Assembly (NCBI GenBank): GCA_963745025.1
Contig: CAVUWD010000016.1
Location: forward strand, 512,001 to 576,000
Source: an uncultured delta proteobacterium
Lineage (GTDB): Bacteria > Desulfobacterota > Binatia > JACPRU01
Length of the DNA: 64,000 nucleotides
Direction: 5' to 3'
Shown here: positions 22,833 through 31,990 of the stretch, in pieces
Position numbering within the stretch: position 1 is the stretch's first letter
How the letters are laid out: every line of letters starts with the position of its first letter
Program-made: the position numbers and the translations under genes
The notes under the pieces: model-generated
Databases searched by the model: none
What the model was told of the DNA's origin: nothing
What the model saw: the letters and a program-made list of their open reading frames with translations, nothing else

Positions 22833-25800
22833 GGCTCTCCCGGATGGGATAGAGAGTACGGCGGCAACAGCGAAAACCTCGGCAGCGTGCGGAAGGGCAC
22901 ACGAAACTTCAGGTTTCCGCCGAACGCCCCTGCTCGGTCTTGCGTCTGCGACTCCCAGACCCCCTGGAGAGAGAAGCGACGCGTCACCTGGTACTCGAGG
23001 CCGACGTCTTGAGCACGCTCGCTGCCGAGACCGGTTCCCACGACCGCGCTCAGACGCTCGGTCAGGTCCTTGGCGACCCTCAACCTCGGCTCGTTGCCGC
23101 CGACCCGCGAAGAGTTGCCGCCGCCCCGCGAAGAGGAGGGCTCGACCTCGATCCGATCGACCGGGAAGAACGTACGGATGCGCTCTTCGACCTTCCCCGC
23201 TTGCGGCCCGGTCGTCAATGCCAACACGTCGCTCAGGTCGATTCCCGCCCCCTGACTTTGCAGCTGCGAGACTGTGCGTCCGAACGTAACGAGCGCGAGC
23301 ACGTCGTTTTCGGTGAGCGTCGGATCGTCGGCGGTGAATTGGATTCGCGGTTCATCGGCCGTGCCGCTGACGCGAACCTGGATCGCGTATTCTGCGTCGC
23401 GCGTGTCGACACGGGTCTCGCCGCTGAACTCGAGATCCGGGTTCGTCGGCCGCTCATCCTCGAACCGCACGTTTCCGGACGTGATCGTGAAGCGGCGGCG
23501 GCGGAACACGAACTCGCCGCTCAGCACCTCGATGGAGCCGTCCCAGGTCAAAGGCGTCTCACGGCCACCGTGTACTCGCACATCCGAGCGCATCTCCGCC
23601 TTGGCGAGATTATTGTCGACGAAGAGTCCCCCATCGGCGACCAGGTGAAGGTCCAAACCGACGGGCAGGGCGGTACCGGCGCGGGCTGGGCTCGCCTGCT
23701 TGCGAAACCACGGGAGGAATTCCGTCCACTCGATCCGCCGATCGTAGATCGCCTGCACGATCTCGATCTCGCCGCCGAGCTCCGGTGCGGTAATCGACCC
23801 GAGGAGGCGTCCGTTACCGCTCGCGCGATAATCGAGCCAACTCGGCACGCCGAGGCTGGCGTCGTGAATTGCCCAGCCGAGATCCCAGCCGCTGTCGAGG
23901 CCGAGGGTCCCGGCGACGAGGAACTCGCCGCCGCCGAGCTTACCGGTGAGCTCGCGGAGCTCGAGCTTCCGCTCCTCGAAATCGAGAGCACCGGCGAGAT
24001 CGGTCACACCGACGAGGAAGGCGAGATCGAGAGCTCCGCCGTCTAGCTTCGCTCGCCCCCGATATCGCCAAGGCTCCTCACCGCGGCGAGACGCACGGAC
24101 CTCGGCCTCGATCCGGCCGCGTGCGGATGCCACGGTCGCGCTCAGCGATTCGAGGAGCTCGAGATCGCCGTTCGCCGAGGCATGAACGTCGGCTTCCTCA
24201 GGCGCCCATCGGCCACTGGCGACGACGCGCTGACCGGCTCCAACGAGCTCCGCATCCGAAACATCCACCCTGCCGTTGGCGACGCGGATCACGATCGGCG
24301 CGGGGTTCTCGAGCTTGAGGGCGCCACGCTCGATCGTGATCGCGGCGATGCGCGCGCTTCCCTGCTCGAGGGGTTGCCGAACGTCACCGCCGAGCTCCGC
24401 ATCGCCGTCCATGCGGATCGCCACACCGGGCGCCGTCGGGACGAGTCGCGCCACATCGAAACCACGGCACTTCGCCCGCGCATGGAACTTGTACGGAAGA
24501 CCGACCTCCGCCTCGCCCGACACATGGAGCGTTTCCGCCAGCGTGGCTTCGATCGCCGCCCGATCTCTGTCGGTGTGCAGTCGCAGCGTGCCGTTGCCGA
24601 GCGCCTGACCCGAGAGCCGGAGATCCGAGAGCGCGAGCGAGACATCACCAAGGGGCCGCGACGCCGAGCCCGTCAAAGAGGCCTCGAGCGCAATTCCGCC
24701 GGCCAGATTCGGCACCCGACCATGGAGCGCTTCCAGATCCTCCAGTCGCCAACCGCTCGCCGCGGCATCAACCGAGAGCTTTCCATCCGGCTCGAGCGCC
24801 ATACGGAGCATGCTCACCGCGCCGTCCGGCCGTCGAAGAGTACCGCGGCCGGCCCATCGACCCCCGCTCAGCGTGACTTCGACCGTGCCCTCCCCGACTC
24901 GCTCGCCGACAACCGCTGCCTCGGTGAGTTGGGCGCGGCCGGCGAGCCGCAGGCTCGCCCACGGACCCGACGCCTGAACCGTGCCATCGACTCTACCGTC
25001 GAGATCCGGGAACGTCGGCCAGCGCAGCTTCAAGGCCGGCGCCGCTTGGGCGAGCGAGGCCCGGTGAATGGCCGCCGACCACTCGTTCTGCTGCGCCGCG
25101 TTCAACGCGATTCGCCCAGACATCTGGATTTGGCCATTCGCGAGATCGACCTTGGATGACTGGAAGCCGTCGCGGGAGAATTCGAACGGTCCGCGGACCG
25201 CACCGAAGGAAACACCCTGAACGGCGAGACTGACGAATTCCCCCTCGCCTCTGAAGACCGGGCGCTCCACCGTACCGAGGAACTCCGCGCGCGCTTGTCC
25301 AGCGCCCTCGAGCCGCAGGCCGACGAACGCGCCAAAGACCCCGAGTTGCCGGCTCTTGCCGTTGACCTCTCCGCTGATCTTGCTGTGGTCGACGACCTGA
25401 TATCGCGCACGTAACCGATCATCCGGTCCCGCCTCTGCGCTGCCCTCGACTTCGGTACTGTTCTTGCCGACCGAAAACGCGGCAGCGCCGTCGAGCTTGC
25501 GGCGGCCTTGCTCGAGCGTGAAGCGGCCGCTGCCGTGATAATCGTCCGCTCCGAACAGACTTCCGCCGATCTGCGCTTCGCCGCTCCAGGCGCCGCGGAG
25601 CGGGGTTCGCGTACCGAAGAGCGCTATGAACTCCGCCGGATCCCATCGGGTGAAGCGTGCTCGTCCCTCGAACGGGACTCGAATCGCGAGCTTCCCGTGG
25701 GCGCTCCCCTGGGCTTCTCCTCCGAAAATCTCCGCGCGCACCGGGTCGAGAGTCCATTCATCGCCCTTGCTGTTCAACCGCCCGCCGCCCGAGAACTCGA

Positions 25801-26683
25801 CCTTACCGATGCGAACCGCGCGCGCTTCGAGATCGGCGCTGATCTCCGGGCGGGCCGTCGTGCCTCCGACGGTCGCGCGAATCCGCGCAGCCCCGCGCAC
25901 CATTCCCGCTTCCGGCAGCAGGGCGAAAACAGGGTCGAGCGCGGCGTCCCAGTCGATTCGCCCGCGCAGCCGGTCCCCGTCGCGCTCGCCGCTCCAACGA
26001 ATGGACCCCGATTGTCCGTCGATCACTCCGGAATCGACGACGACGCTGCTTGCCGAGGTCCGGCCGCGCGCGGCGACCCGAGTGAGCTCCAGCCGCTTGC
26101 CATCGCGCTCGACCGTGACGCGGCCCGTGCCGTCGAATACGACGCGGTGGCGAAGCAGCCCGCTCAACGTGACCTCGAGAAAAATATCGGCAATCTCGGT
26201 GCGCAGGCGAGCCCGCGAGAGGTGAAGCTCGATCCGACCCGAGCGCACCGTCAGCCTGCGCGGCAAAAAAACCGGCTTCGCCAATGGCGTCCCCGTCGGC
26301 GAATGAACGGACGATTCGAGCGCGCGCCAAATCTCGCTCTGGTCACCCGTGACGACCTCAGGCTCGTCGACGGAAACGTCTGCGATCCAGGTCCCGTCCC
26401 AGAGAGAGCGCCATACCGAGAGATCGAGTTCCACCGTGCGCGCGGCCAGTAACCGTTCCCCGCCCTTCGACACCGTGACCTCGCGCGCCGCGACGCGCGG
26501 TGGCACTAGCGAGAGCTCGATCGCCCCGATCCTGAGGTCCACGCCCGCCGCTCGCGCGACTTCCCGTACCAACAGATCGCGGAGGAAGTCGGCACCGGCC
26601 CGGTGGCCGAAAACGATTCCCAACGTGACGACCAGGAGAAGCGCCGCGAGGCCGATGCGCCAGGCTGCTCTCCCGATCCCCAT
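22829..26683 (-). CDS. tamB: TamB/AsmA-like translocation and assembly module protein
   Basis: N-terminal TM anchor, long Gly-rich beta-taco composition, DUF490-type C-terminus (SGTADEPRI..DVLALVTFG); adjacent Omp85 gene. Confidence 0.85.
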   Translation of the reverse strand: MGIGRAAWRIGLAALLLVVTLGIVFGHRAGADFLRDLLVREVARAAGVDLRIGAIELSLVPPRVAAREVTVSKGGERLLAARTVELDLSVWRSLWDGTWIADVSVDEPEVVTGDQSEIWRALESSVHSPTGTPLAKPVFLPRRLTVRSGRIELHLSRARLRTEIADIFLEVTLSGLLRHRVVFDGTGRVTVERDGKRLELTRVAARGRTSASSVVVDSGVIDGQSGSIRWSGERDGDRLRGRIDWDAALDPVFALLPEAGMVRGAARIRATVGGTTARPEISADLEARAVRIGKVEFSGGGRLNSKGDEWTLDPVRAEIFGGEAQGSAHGKLAIRVPFEGRARFTRWDPAEFIALFGTRTPLRGAWSGEAQIGGSLFGADDYHGSGRFTLEQGRRKLDGAAAFSVGKNSTEVEGSAEAGPDDRLRARYQVVDHSKISGEVNGKSRQLGVFGAFVGLRLEGAGQARAEFLGTVERPVFRGEGEFVSLAVQGVSFGAVRGPFEFSRDGFQSSKVDLANGQIQMSGRIALNAAQQNEWSAAIHRASLAQAAPALKLRWPTFPDLDGRVDGTVQASGPWASLRLAGRAQLTEAAVVGERVGEGTVEVTLSGGRWAGRGTLRRPDGAVSMLRMALEPDGKLSVDAAASGWRLEDLEALHGRVPNLAGGIALEASLTGSASRPLGDVSLALSDLRLSGQALGNGTLRLHTDRDRAAIEATLAETLHVSGEAEVGLPYKFHARAKCRGFDVARLVPTAPGVAIRMDGDAELGGDVRQPLEQGSARIAAITIERGALKLENPAPIVIRVANGRVDVSDAELVGAGQRVVASGRWAPEEADVHASANGDLELLESLSATVASARGRIEAEVRASRRGEEPWRYRGRAKLDGGALDLAFLVGVTDLAGALDFEERKLELRELTGKLGGGEFLVAGTLGLDSGWDLGWAIHDASLGVPSWLDYRASGNGRLLGSITAPELGGEIEIVQAIYDRRIEWTEFLPWFRKQASPARAGTALPVGLDLHLVADGGLFVDNNLAKAEMRSDVRVHGGRETPLTWDGSIEVLSGEFVFRRRRFTITSGNVRFEDERPTNPDLEFSGETRVDTRDAEYAIQVRVSGTADEPRIQFTADDPTLTENDVLALVTFGRTVSQLQSQGAGIDLSDVLALTTGPQAGKVEERIRTFFPVDRIEVEPSSSRGGGNSSRVGGNEPRLRVAKDLTERLSAVVGTGLGSERAQDVGLEYQVTRRFSLQGVWESQTQDRAGAFGGNLKFRVPFRTLPRFSLLPPYSLSHPGEP

Positions 26684-26769
26684 TCCCGTCTCACGCGTCC
26701 AAAGACGGAATAAACAAAAAGCCGAGCGCTTCCAAGCGAGCCTCGGGTCTCCGCTCATGCGGCTCGGTG

Positions 26770-26798
26770 AATTGTCACCTCCGAACTCGCGTGTTAGG
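26770..26798 (+). promoter_or_regulatory. sigma70-like promoter
   Basis: TTGTCA-N17-TAGGGT with TG extended -10. Confidence 0.45.
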
Positions 26799-26832
26799 GT
26801 CCGCCCTCAGCGCTGCTCGTCCGGCGCGAACC

Positions 26833-27927
26833 ATGACCGAGCCGCGAGTATCCCCTGAAGCTCTGTCCCGCCGCGGCTCGCGCCGGTGGCTGCTGTTCGG
26901 TCTGGTGCTCGCCGTCGCGGCGATCGCCACGATCGTCATCGCCATCGACGCACGAGCGCTGGTGCGAGTAGCGGGAAGCATTCGACCGACCATGCTTCTG
27001 CTTCCGGTCCTCTGTACGGCGGGAAGCTACGCGGCCATGACGGCTTCCTATCAACGCATCGCGGACGCCGCCGGTTTGCGTCTGTCGTTTGGCGAGATGC
27101 TGAAGGTCACTCTCGCGTCCACCGCGGCGAACTACGTGTTTTCGACGGGCGGTCTTTCCGGGCTCGCGCTGCGCAGCTATTTTTTTTCTCAAACGCACGG
27201 CATGAGCTCGGGAAACGCCGTCAGTATCTCGCTGGCACAGACGTTTCTCACCAACTTCGTGCTGCTCGGGTTCCTCTTTTGGGGTCTCCTCAACCTGCTG
27301 TTCGAGGGGCAGCTCCGCGGGTCGTCCCAATTCATCGTTGCGTTCCTGTTTCTACTGTCGCTGCTGCTCTGCTCCGGGGCGGTGGCCATCGTTGCCTCGC
27401 GGACCGCTCGCCTGAAGTTGTTCGCTCTGCTCCTCCGCATCCCCGACCTGCTCTCACGCGCGCTACACCACCGCGGCGGCGCGATTCGCGCGCGCTTGAC
27501 GTTGTTCGAGGCCGAGGTTCACGAGGGCGTCGACTTTCTGATGGCACGCGGAATGCTGATGATCGCGCCGCTCGCCTACATCGGCATCGATTGGTTTCTC
27601 ATGCTCGTGACCTTGTACACCGCCTTCTATTGCGTCGAGCACCCCGTGCCGATGCATCTCGTCGTCATCGGCTTCTCCACGGGCGTCTTTCTTTCCATCA
27701 TCAATCTGGTTCCAGGCGGGCTTGGGATCATGGAGGGATCCATGGCGGCGGTATTCGCCGCCTTCGGTGTGCCGCTCGAGACCGCGGTCGTCGCGACGGT
27801 GATCTTCCGTGCGAGCTACTACGTGCTGCCGCTTGCGCTCACGCTGCTGTTCCTGCGCCCCATGCTCGCCCTGGGTCGTTCGCAAGCGAGCAGGCCTGCG
27901 GCGCCGGTCGAGCGTCCAGCGCAATGA
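26833..27927 (+). CDS. UPF0104/LPG_synthase_TM flippase-like membrane protein
   Basis: Multiple TM segments; PGGLGIMEG...VVATVIFR motif. Confidence 0.85.
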   Translation: MTEPRVSPEALSRRGSRRWLLFGLVLAVAAIATIVIAIDARALVRVAGSIRPTMLLLPVLCTAGSYAAMTASYQRIADAAGLRLSFGEMLKVTLASTAANYVFSTGGLSGLALRSYFFSQTHGMSSGNAVSISLAQTFLTNFVLLGFLFWGLLNLLFEGQLRGSSQFIVAFLFLLSLLLCSGAVAIVASRTARLKLFALLLRIPDLLSRALHHRGGAIRARLTLFEAEVHEGVDFLMARGMLMIAPLAYIGIDWFLMLVTLYTAFYCVEHPVPMHLVVIGFSTGVFLSIINLVPGGLGIMEGSMAAVFAAFGVPLETAVVATVIFRASYYVLPLALTLLFLRPMLALGRSQASRPAAPVERPAQ

Positions 27928-28949
27928 CGGCGGGGCGCCGCGACCGAAGCGCGCTCCGCCGGTCGAGTGCATTCGCGTTGCTTCTGTTCACGATCGCCGT
28001 TCCACGCGCGGCTCCCGGCGATTTGGCTCCGGCGCGATTCGCAGACCAGGGGCTGGAGGTCGGCGAACGGCTTCATCTGCTCGTCATCGCCCCTCACCCT
28101 GACGACGAGACGCTCGGCGCGGGCGGGCTCATGCAACGCGTTCAGAAGCAGCGCGGCCGAGTGACCGTGGCGTACTTGACGAGCGGAGATGGGTACCTCG
28201 ACGGTGTCGAGCTCGAAACCGGCAAGCTGAAGCCAAAGGCCAAAGACTTCGTCAATTACGGAGAAGAGCGGCTACATGAAGCGCTGCGCGCCCTGCAGGC
28301 GATCTCGATCAGTCAGAAGAGCCTCTTCGTGTTCGGATTTCCCGACGGCGGTCTTCTCGATCTCCTGACCACGTACTGGAGCTCTAAGGACGGCTTCATG
28401 TCTCCCTATACGCGCGACAGCCGGCCGCCCTACCCCGGCAGCCTCGACCCGGCCACGGCCTATTCCGGCGTCGCTCTCGAGCGCGAGCTAGCGCGCCTGA
28501 TCACACACATCAATCCGCAATGGATCGCGGTGACGGGGCCGTGGGACATTCATCCGGACCACTGCGCCGCTTTTCATTTCGTGGTGCGGGCACTCCGGCG
28601 CTTGAACGCTTCGAATCCAAAGTTCGCCGCGCCGCAAGTGCTCGCCTACACCGTGCACCGTCCGGACTGGCCGGACTTCAGCGAGGGAACGGCTCTCGGG
28701 CCGCCTCCGAACGTCTCGTGCGGCAGCGCGACCTGGCGGTCTCTCGATCTGAGCGCCGCCGAGTTGGAAGGCAAGGGCCGTGCCCTCGACCAGTATACCT
28801 CGCAGATGGACATCATGGCCGTGCTCTTCCGAGCCTTCGTGCGTCCGAACGAGGTGTTTGCCGTCTATTCGTCTCTGCCGATGGAGCCACCCGATGCGTG
28901 CGGCCGCCCTCTGCCTGTGCCGGTCGAACCGGCTCCGCAGTCTCGTTGA
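27924..28949 (+). CDS. PIG-L/LmbE family deacetylase, predicted exported
   Basis: IAPHPDDETLG, TSGDG, GFPDGGL, DIHPDH, YTSQ; signal-like N-terminus; ATGA overlap. Confidence 0.88.
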   Translation: MTAGRRDRSALRRSSAFALLLFTIAVPRAAPGDLAPARFADQGLEVGERLHLLVIAPHPDDETLGAGGLMQRVQKQRGRVTVAYLTSGDGYLDGVELETGKLKPKAKDFVNYGEERLHEALRALQAISISQKSLFVFGFPDGGLLDLLTTYWSSKDGFMSPYTRDSRPPYPGSLDPATAYSGVALERELARLITHINPQWIAVTGPWDIHPDHCAAFHFVVRALRRLNASNPKFAAPQVLAYTVHRPDWPDFSEGTALGPPPNVSCGSATWRSLDLSAAELEGKGRALDQYTSQMDIMAVLFRAFVRPNEVFAVYSSLPMEPPDACGRPLPVPVEPAPQSR

Positions 28950-29085
28950 CAGCAGAACTTTCGTCGGATAGCGCCCGGGTGAACACTCGATGGGAACGAG
29001 GAAGCAGATCCCCGCTCGGCCGAAGCGACCGGGAGCCGTAGTCTCGCCAACGCGATGGGCTCAGTCGCCCCCGATCTTCCGCGCC

Positions 29086-29973
29086 ATGATGCTCGAGGCG
29101 CTCGGGAGCTGGGTGGTTCCCACGCTCTCGCTCACGGCCGCCGCGCTATTCTGGTTGCTCTCGGCGATCGACGTCTGGTCAGAGCCCGTCGCCGTCGTAG
29201 GCGTGGCCGGGTCCCTGCTAGTGCTTGCGCTCTTCGCCTCGTTTCGTCAGCACGTGCTCGCCGAGGATACGTTCCGGCGGTATTCCTCGCTCGGCTTCGC
29301 CTGCGGCTGGGGCCTGCTACTCTTCCTCACGTTCTACCTTTGCAACTTCCCTGGCCCTCCGACCGTGGACGGCGTTTTACGCTCCGGAGGCGAGGCGATC
29401 TCTCTACCGGCGGGCACGCACGCGCTGGTTGTCGATGGCCGCTTCGTCGCAACCCAGGGCCAGGGCAACCGCCTCGGGCACTACCGACTGGAAATCGCGC
29501 CCGCTGGCGGCGCTCCACTGGCGATCGACGGCAACTTCGAGGACAGCTTCGCGCGCCAGCGCCTCGGACGTCGCGGCACGACGGTCGTAGAGATCCAGCA
29601 CACTTCGCAACGCCATTTCAGAACCCTGCCCGCCGCCGCGAGCGTGCGCCTCGTCGAGGTCGATCCCTCCCTCGAGCCCGAGCTGCGCATCGCGGTCTAC
29701 CCGGCGATGAACCCTTGGCTTTTTCCGGTGCTCGGGGTCGCCGGAATGATCGGTGCTCTGGCGTTGGAGAAATGGCTCGACGGCGACGGTTCGGTGACGA
29801 TGGCCGCGTGCGTGACGTTCTTCGTCGTCTACGAATATCTGTGGTGGGCGTCGCCGCACCCCCAGCTCCGGGCGCTGATCGGCGCCATACTCGTCGGCGG
29901 ATTCATCGGCGCGCCGCTCGCGGCAATCGTCTGGCGAGTGGTTCCACGCCGCTGGATCGTTCGTCGCCGCTGA
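29086..29973 (+). CDS. Hypothetical multi-pass membrane protein
   Basis: Three N-terminal and three C-terminal hydrophobic segments flanking a soluble beta-rich domain; alternative start 28990. Confidence 0.7.
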   Translation: MMLEALGSWVVPTLSLTAAALFWLLSAIDVWSEPVAVVGVAGSLLVLALFASFRQHVLAEDTFRRYSSLGFACGWGLLLFLTFYLCNFPGPPTVDGVLRSGGEAISLPAGTHALVVDGRFVATQGQGNRLGHYRLEIAPAGGAPLAIDGNFEDSFARQRLGRRGTTVVEIQHTSQRHFRTLPAAASVRLVEVDPSLEPELRIAVYPAMNPWLFPVLGVAGMIGALALEKWLDGDGSVTMAACVTFFVVYEYLWWASPHPQLRALIGAILVGGFIGAPLAAIVWRVVPRRWIVRRR

Positions 29974-30120
29974 AGGCGCGCGCAGGTTTTCAACGGCGGA
30001 GCTTTCCGGCAACTACCCGCAACATGGCCAACGGATCCAGGGACGACGCGGGCGCGATGGCTTCGTCGGCATCATCGCTTGCAAGCCACCCCCCCATTCT
30101 GCATTTTTGAAGCTGTAGCG

Positions 30121-30705
30121 ATGAGCGAACGCCTGCTGCGAACCACGCCCAAGGATTTTTTCCGCGGTCTCCTGCGCCAAGCGTGTGACGAGCAGAAGGT
30201 GTTGCCGAGCGAGAGCGCGGAGTTTTATCTCGTTCAGCTCCTCGAGCGGTTCGTACGACACGAGCAGGGCCTGCTCGATCGCCCGCTGGCGCTCGATTAT
30301 CTCGAATCTCTCGAAGGCGATCCCCCGGAACGCTACCAGAGGCTCAAGCATGTCGGCGACACCGCGCTCTTCGTATCCGGTGTGTTCACGGAAAGCCTCG
30401 AAGGCAAGGCGGTCGGCGCGGACTACTACACCTCGATCGGCGGTCTGGCATACGGGCACCTGGCTAGCCTGCACGGCACCGCGCTCGGGCGGGGGGTGAT
30501 CGCGCTCTTCACCGAGATGTCAACGCGTTTCTTGGATTTCGTCCGCGTGCTCTCACAGATGAGTCTCGACGAGCTCTACGCGAGCGATCGCGATACGCTA
30601 CGCATCTACCGGCGCTGGCTGCTCACTCGGGGCGCGCGCGACGCCGACACACTCGTCCGCCGCGGCATCATCCCCTTCGCGCCGAAGAAGCCGCTCGTGC
30701 AGTAG
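30121..30705 (+). CDS. Conserved-looking hypothetical protein
   Basis: 194 aa with YLVQLLERF and LKHVGDTALFVSGVF..YY..IGGLAY blocks; function unknown. Confidence 0.8.
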   Translation: MSERLLRTTPKDFFRGLLRQACDEQKVLPSESAEFYLVQLLERFVRHEQGLLDRPLALDYLESLEGDPPERYQRLKHVGDTALFVSGVFTESLEGKAVGADYYTSIGGLAYGHLASLHGTALGRGVIALFTEMSTRFLDFVRVLSQMSLDELYASDRDTLRIYRRWLLTRGARDADTLVRRGIIPFAPKKPLVQ

Positions 30706-30898
30706 CGCTCGCGAAAACAATTTCGGCCAAGAAGCGTGCCAGCCCGCACCCGACTGGGCCGCCACGAGCTTCTTACTAGTCGCCTCTCGCGCTTCCAAGG
30801 ACGGTTCCGCGACTCATCGGGCATTGGACGGTCGCGCCGCGTCCCGATCGGATGCGGGCTCGGTGCGCTCTACGCGTCCAAGTATTTTCGCTTCAACA

Positions 30899-31561
30899 CT
30901 AGGGCGCGGCGGTCACACAACAGGCAGCGCTATCGATCGGCTTTTTGGCGATGAGCACCGTGAAGAGCGAGCTTTGCGAGGTCTTGAATCGCCGTTCGAT
31001 GCGCAGCGGCACATGCGCAAACAACTCGGGCCACTGTAGCGTCGTCCGCCAGCCGAGCTTGCGAGTGATCGGATCGAGCTTGTCCACGACTTTGGCCAGC
31101 CAACGCCGGTCGCTGCGGAAGTGGTTGATCACCACCAGGGTACCGCCCGGCTTGCACACCCGCACCATCTCCCTCATCAGACCGCCGTGGTCGGGAACGA
31201 CGCTGACGACGTGGAATGCGGTCACGTAGTCGAATTCGCCGTCGGAGAACTTCAGGTCGAGCGCGTCCATCTGACAGAGACGGACGTGTCGCCAGCCTTC
31301 GCGACTCACCTTTCCCTGCGCTTGCTCGAGCATCTCGGGGGCCAAGTCGATGCCGGTGACCTCAGCGTGGCGCGGATACGCCGAGAGCGAGAGGCCCGTA
31401 CCGACGCCCACCTCGAGGACCGTCGCACCCGGCGGAATGTTTAGGCTACGCAGAGTGGAGACGATGCGCGGGAAGAAGAAGCGAGTGAAGATCCGATCGT
31501 AGAGATGCGAAAACTCGTAGTAGATCTTGCTCTCGTGCGGCTCGGCTCCGGCTAGCGCCAT
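30899..31561 (-). CDS. Class I SAM methyltransferase, PmtA (phospholipid N-methyltransferase)-like
   Basis: VLEVGVGTGLSL, GIDLAPEML, MDA, VVSVVPD, RVCKPGG..INHF. Confidence 0.8.
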   Translation of the reverse strand: MALAGAEPHESKIYYEFSHLYDRIFTRFFFPRIVSTLRSLNIPPGATVLEVGVGTGLSLSAYPRHAEVTGIDLAPEMLEQAQGKVSREGWRHVRLCQMDALDLKFSDGEFDYVTAFHVVSVVPDHGGLMREMVRVCKPGGTLVVINHFRSDRRWLAKVVDKLDPITRKLGWRTTLQWPELFAHVPLRIERRFKTSQSSLFTVLIAKKPIDSAACCVTAAP

Positions 31562-31672
31562 CTTCGACCCTCGGTTGCTTCCTGGCACAAACCGTCTCGC
31601 AAAGGAACCGCCAACAAGGCCCCGCTCGTCACTGGCTCTCGAAATCAAAGAGACACTGGAGCCGCTCGCTAT

Positions 31673-31864
31673 TTAAGCTGCCGTTGCTCCGTGCAACTGG
31701 CGCTTGAACGAGGCGACGTCCCGTCTGCGGAAGCGCCACTGCCTGCCCTTCTTGAACGCCGGAAGAACGCTCTTGCGCGCGAATTCGTTGACGGTGTCCG
31801 GACTCAGATCCAGCAGTCGCGCGACCTCTTTGCTGTTCAAAAGAACATCGTCTTTTTCGATCAT
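31673..31864 (-). CDS. Small HTH_17 (excisionase/BldC-like) DNA-binding protein
   Basis: LLNSKEVARLLDLSPDTV..LPAFKKGRQWRFRRRDV. Confidence 0.85.
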   Translation of the reverse strand: MIEKDDVLLNSKEVARLLDLSPDTVNEFARKSVLPAFKKGRQWRFRRRDVASFKRQLHGATAA

Positions 31865-31990
31865 CCGTCTATCCCCGCGGCGAATCTGGTCTACAAGCCG
31901 GGCTCCGGATGCAAGTCGACCGTCAAGCGAATTTTCTAACACTGCGTGTTACGACCGTCAAGAAACTCTCGACTCGGTTGGAAATTATTC

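Noticed and set aside
20754-23012. 752-aa plus-strand ORF (similarly 61622-63868, 14793-16208, 41259-42752, 50873-52348)
   Set aside because: Shadow or alternate frames of well-supported genes, with Arg/Ala/Pro-rich or antisense-type composition
26886-27923. Apparent long N-terminal extensions or fusions in the ORF track (also 18538-19275, 42806-43765, 49432-49983)
   Set aside because: The extensions overlap the real upstream genes in another frame; better starts lie at ATGA overlaps or just after the upstream stop
31673-31864. Prophage or ICE remnant suggested by the excisionase-like HTH
   Set aside because: No integrase, att site, tRNA target or compositional shift; flanked by housekeeping genes
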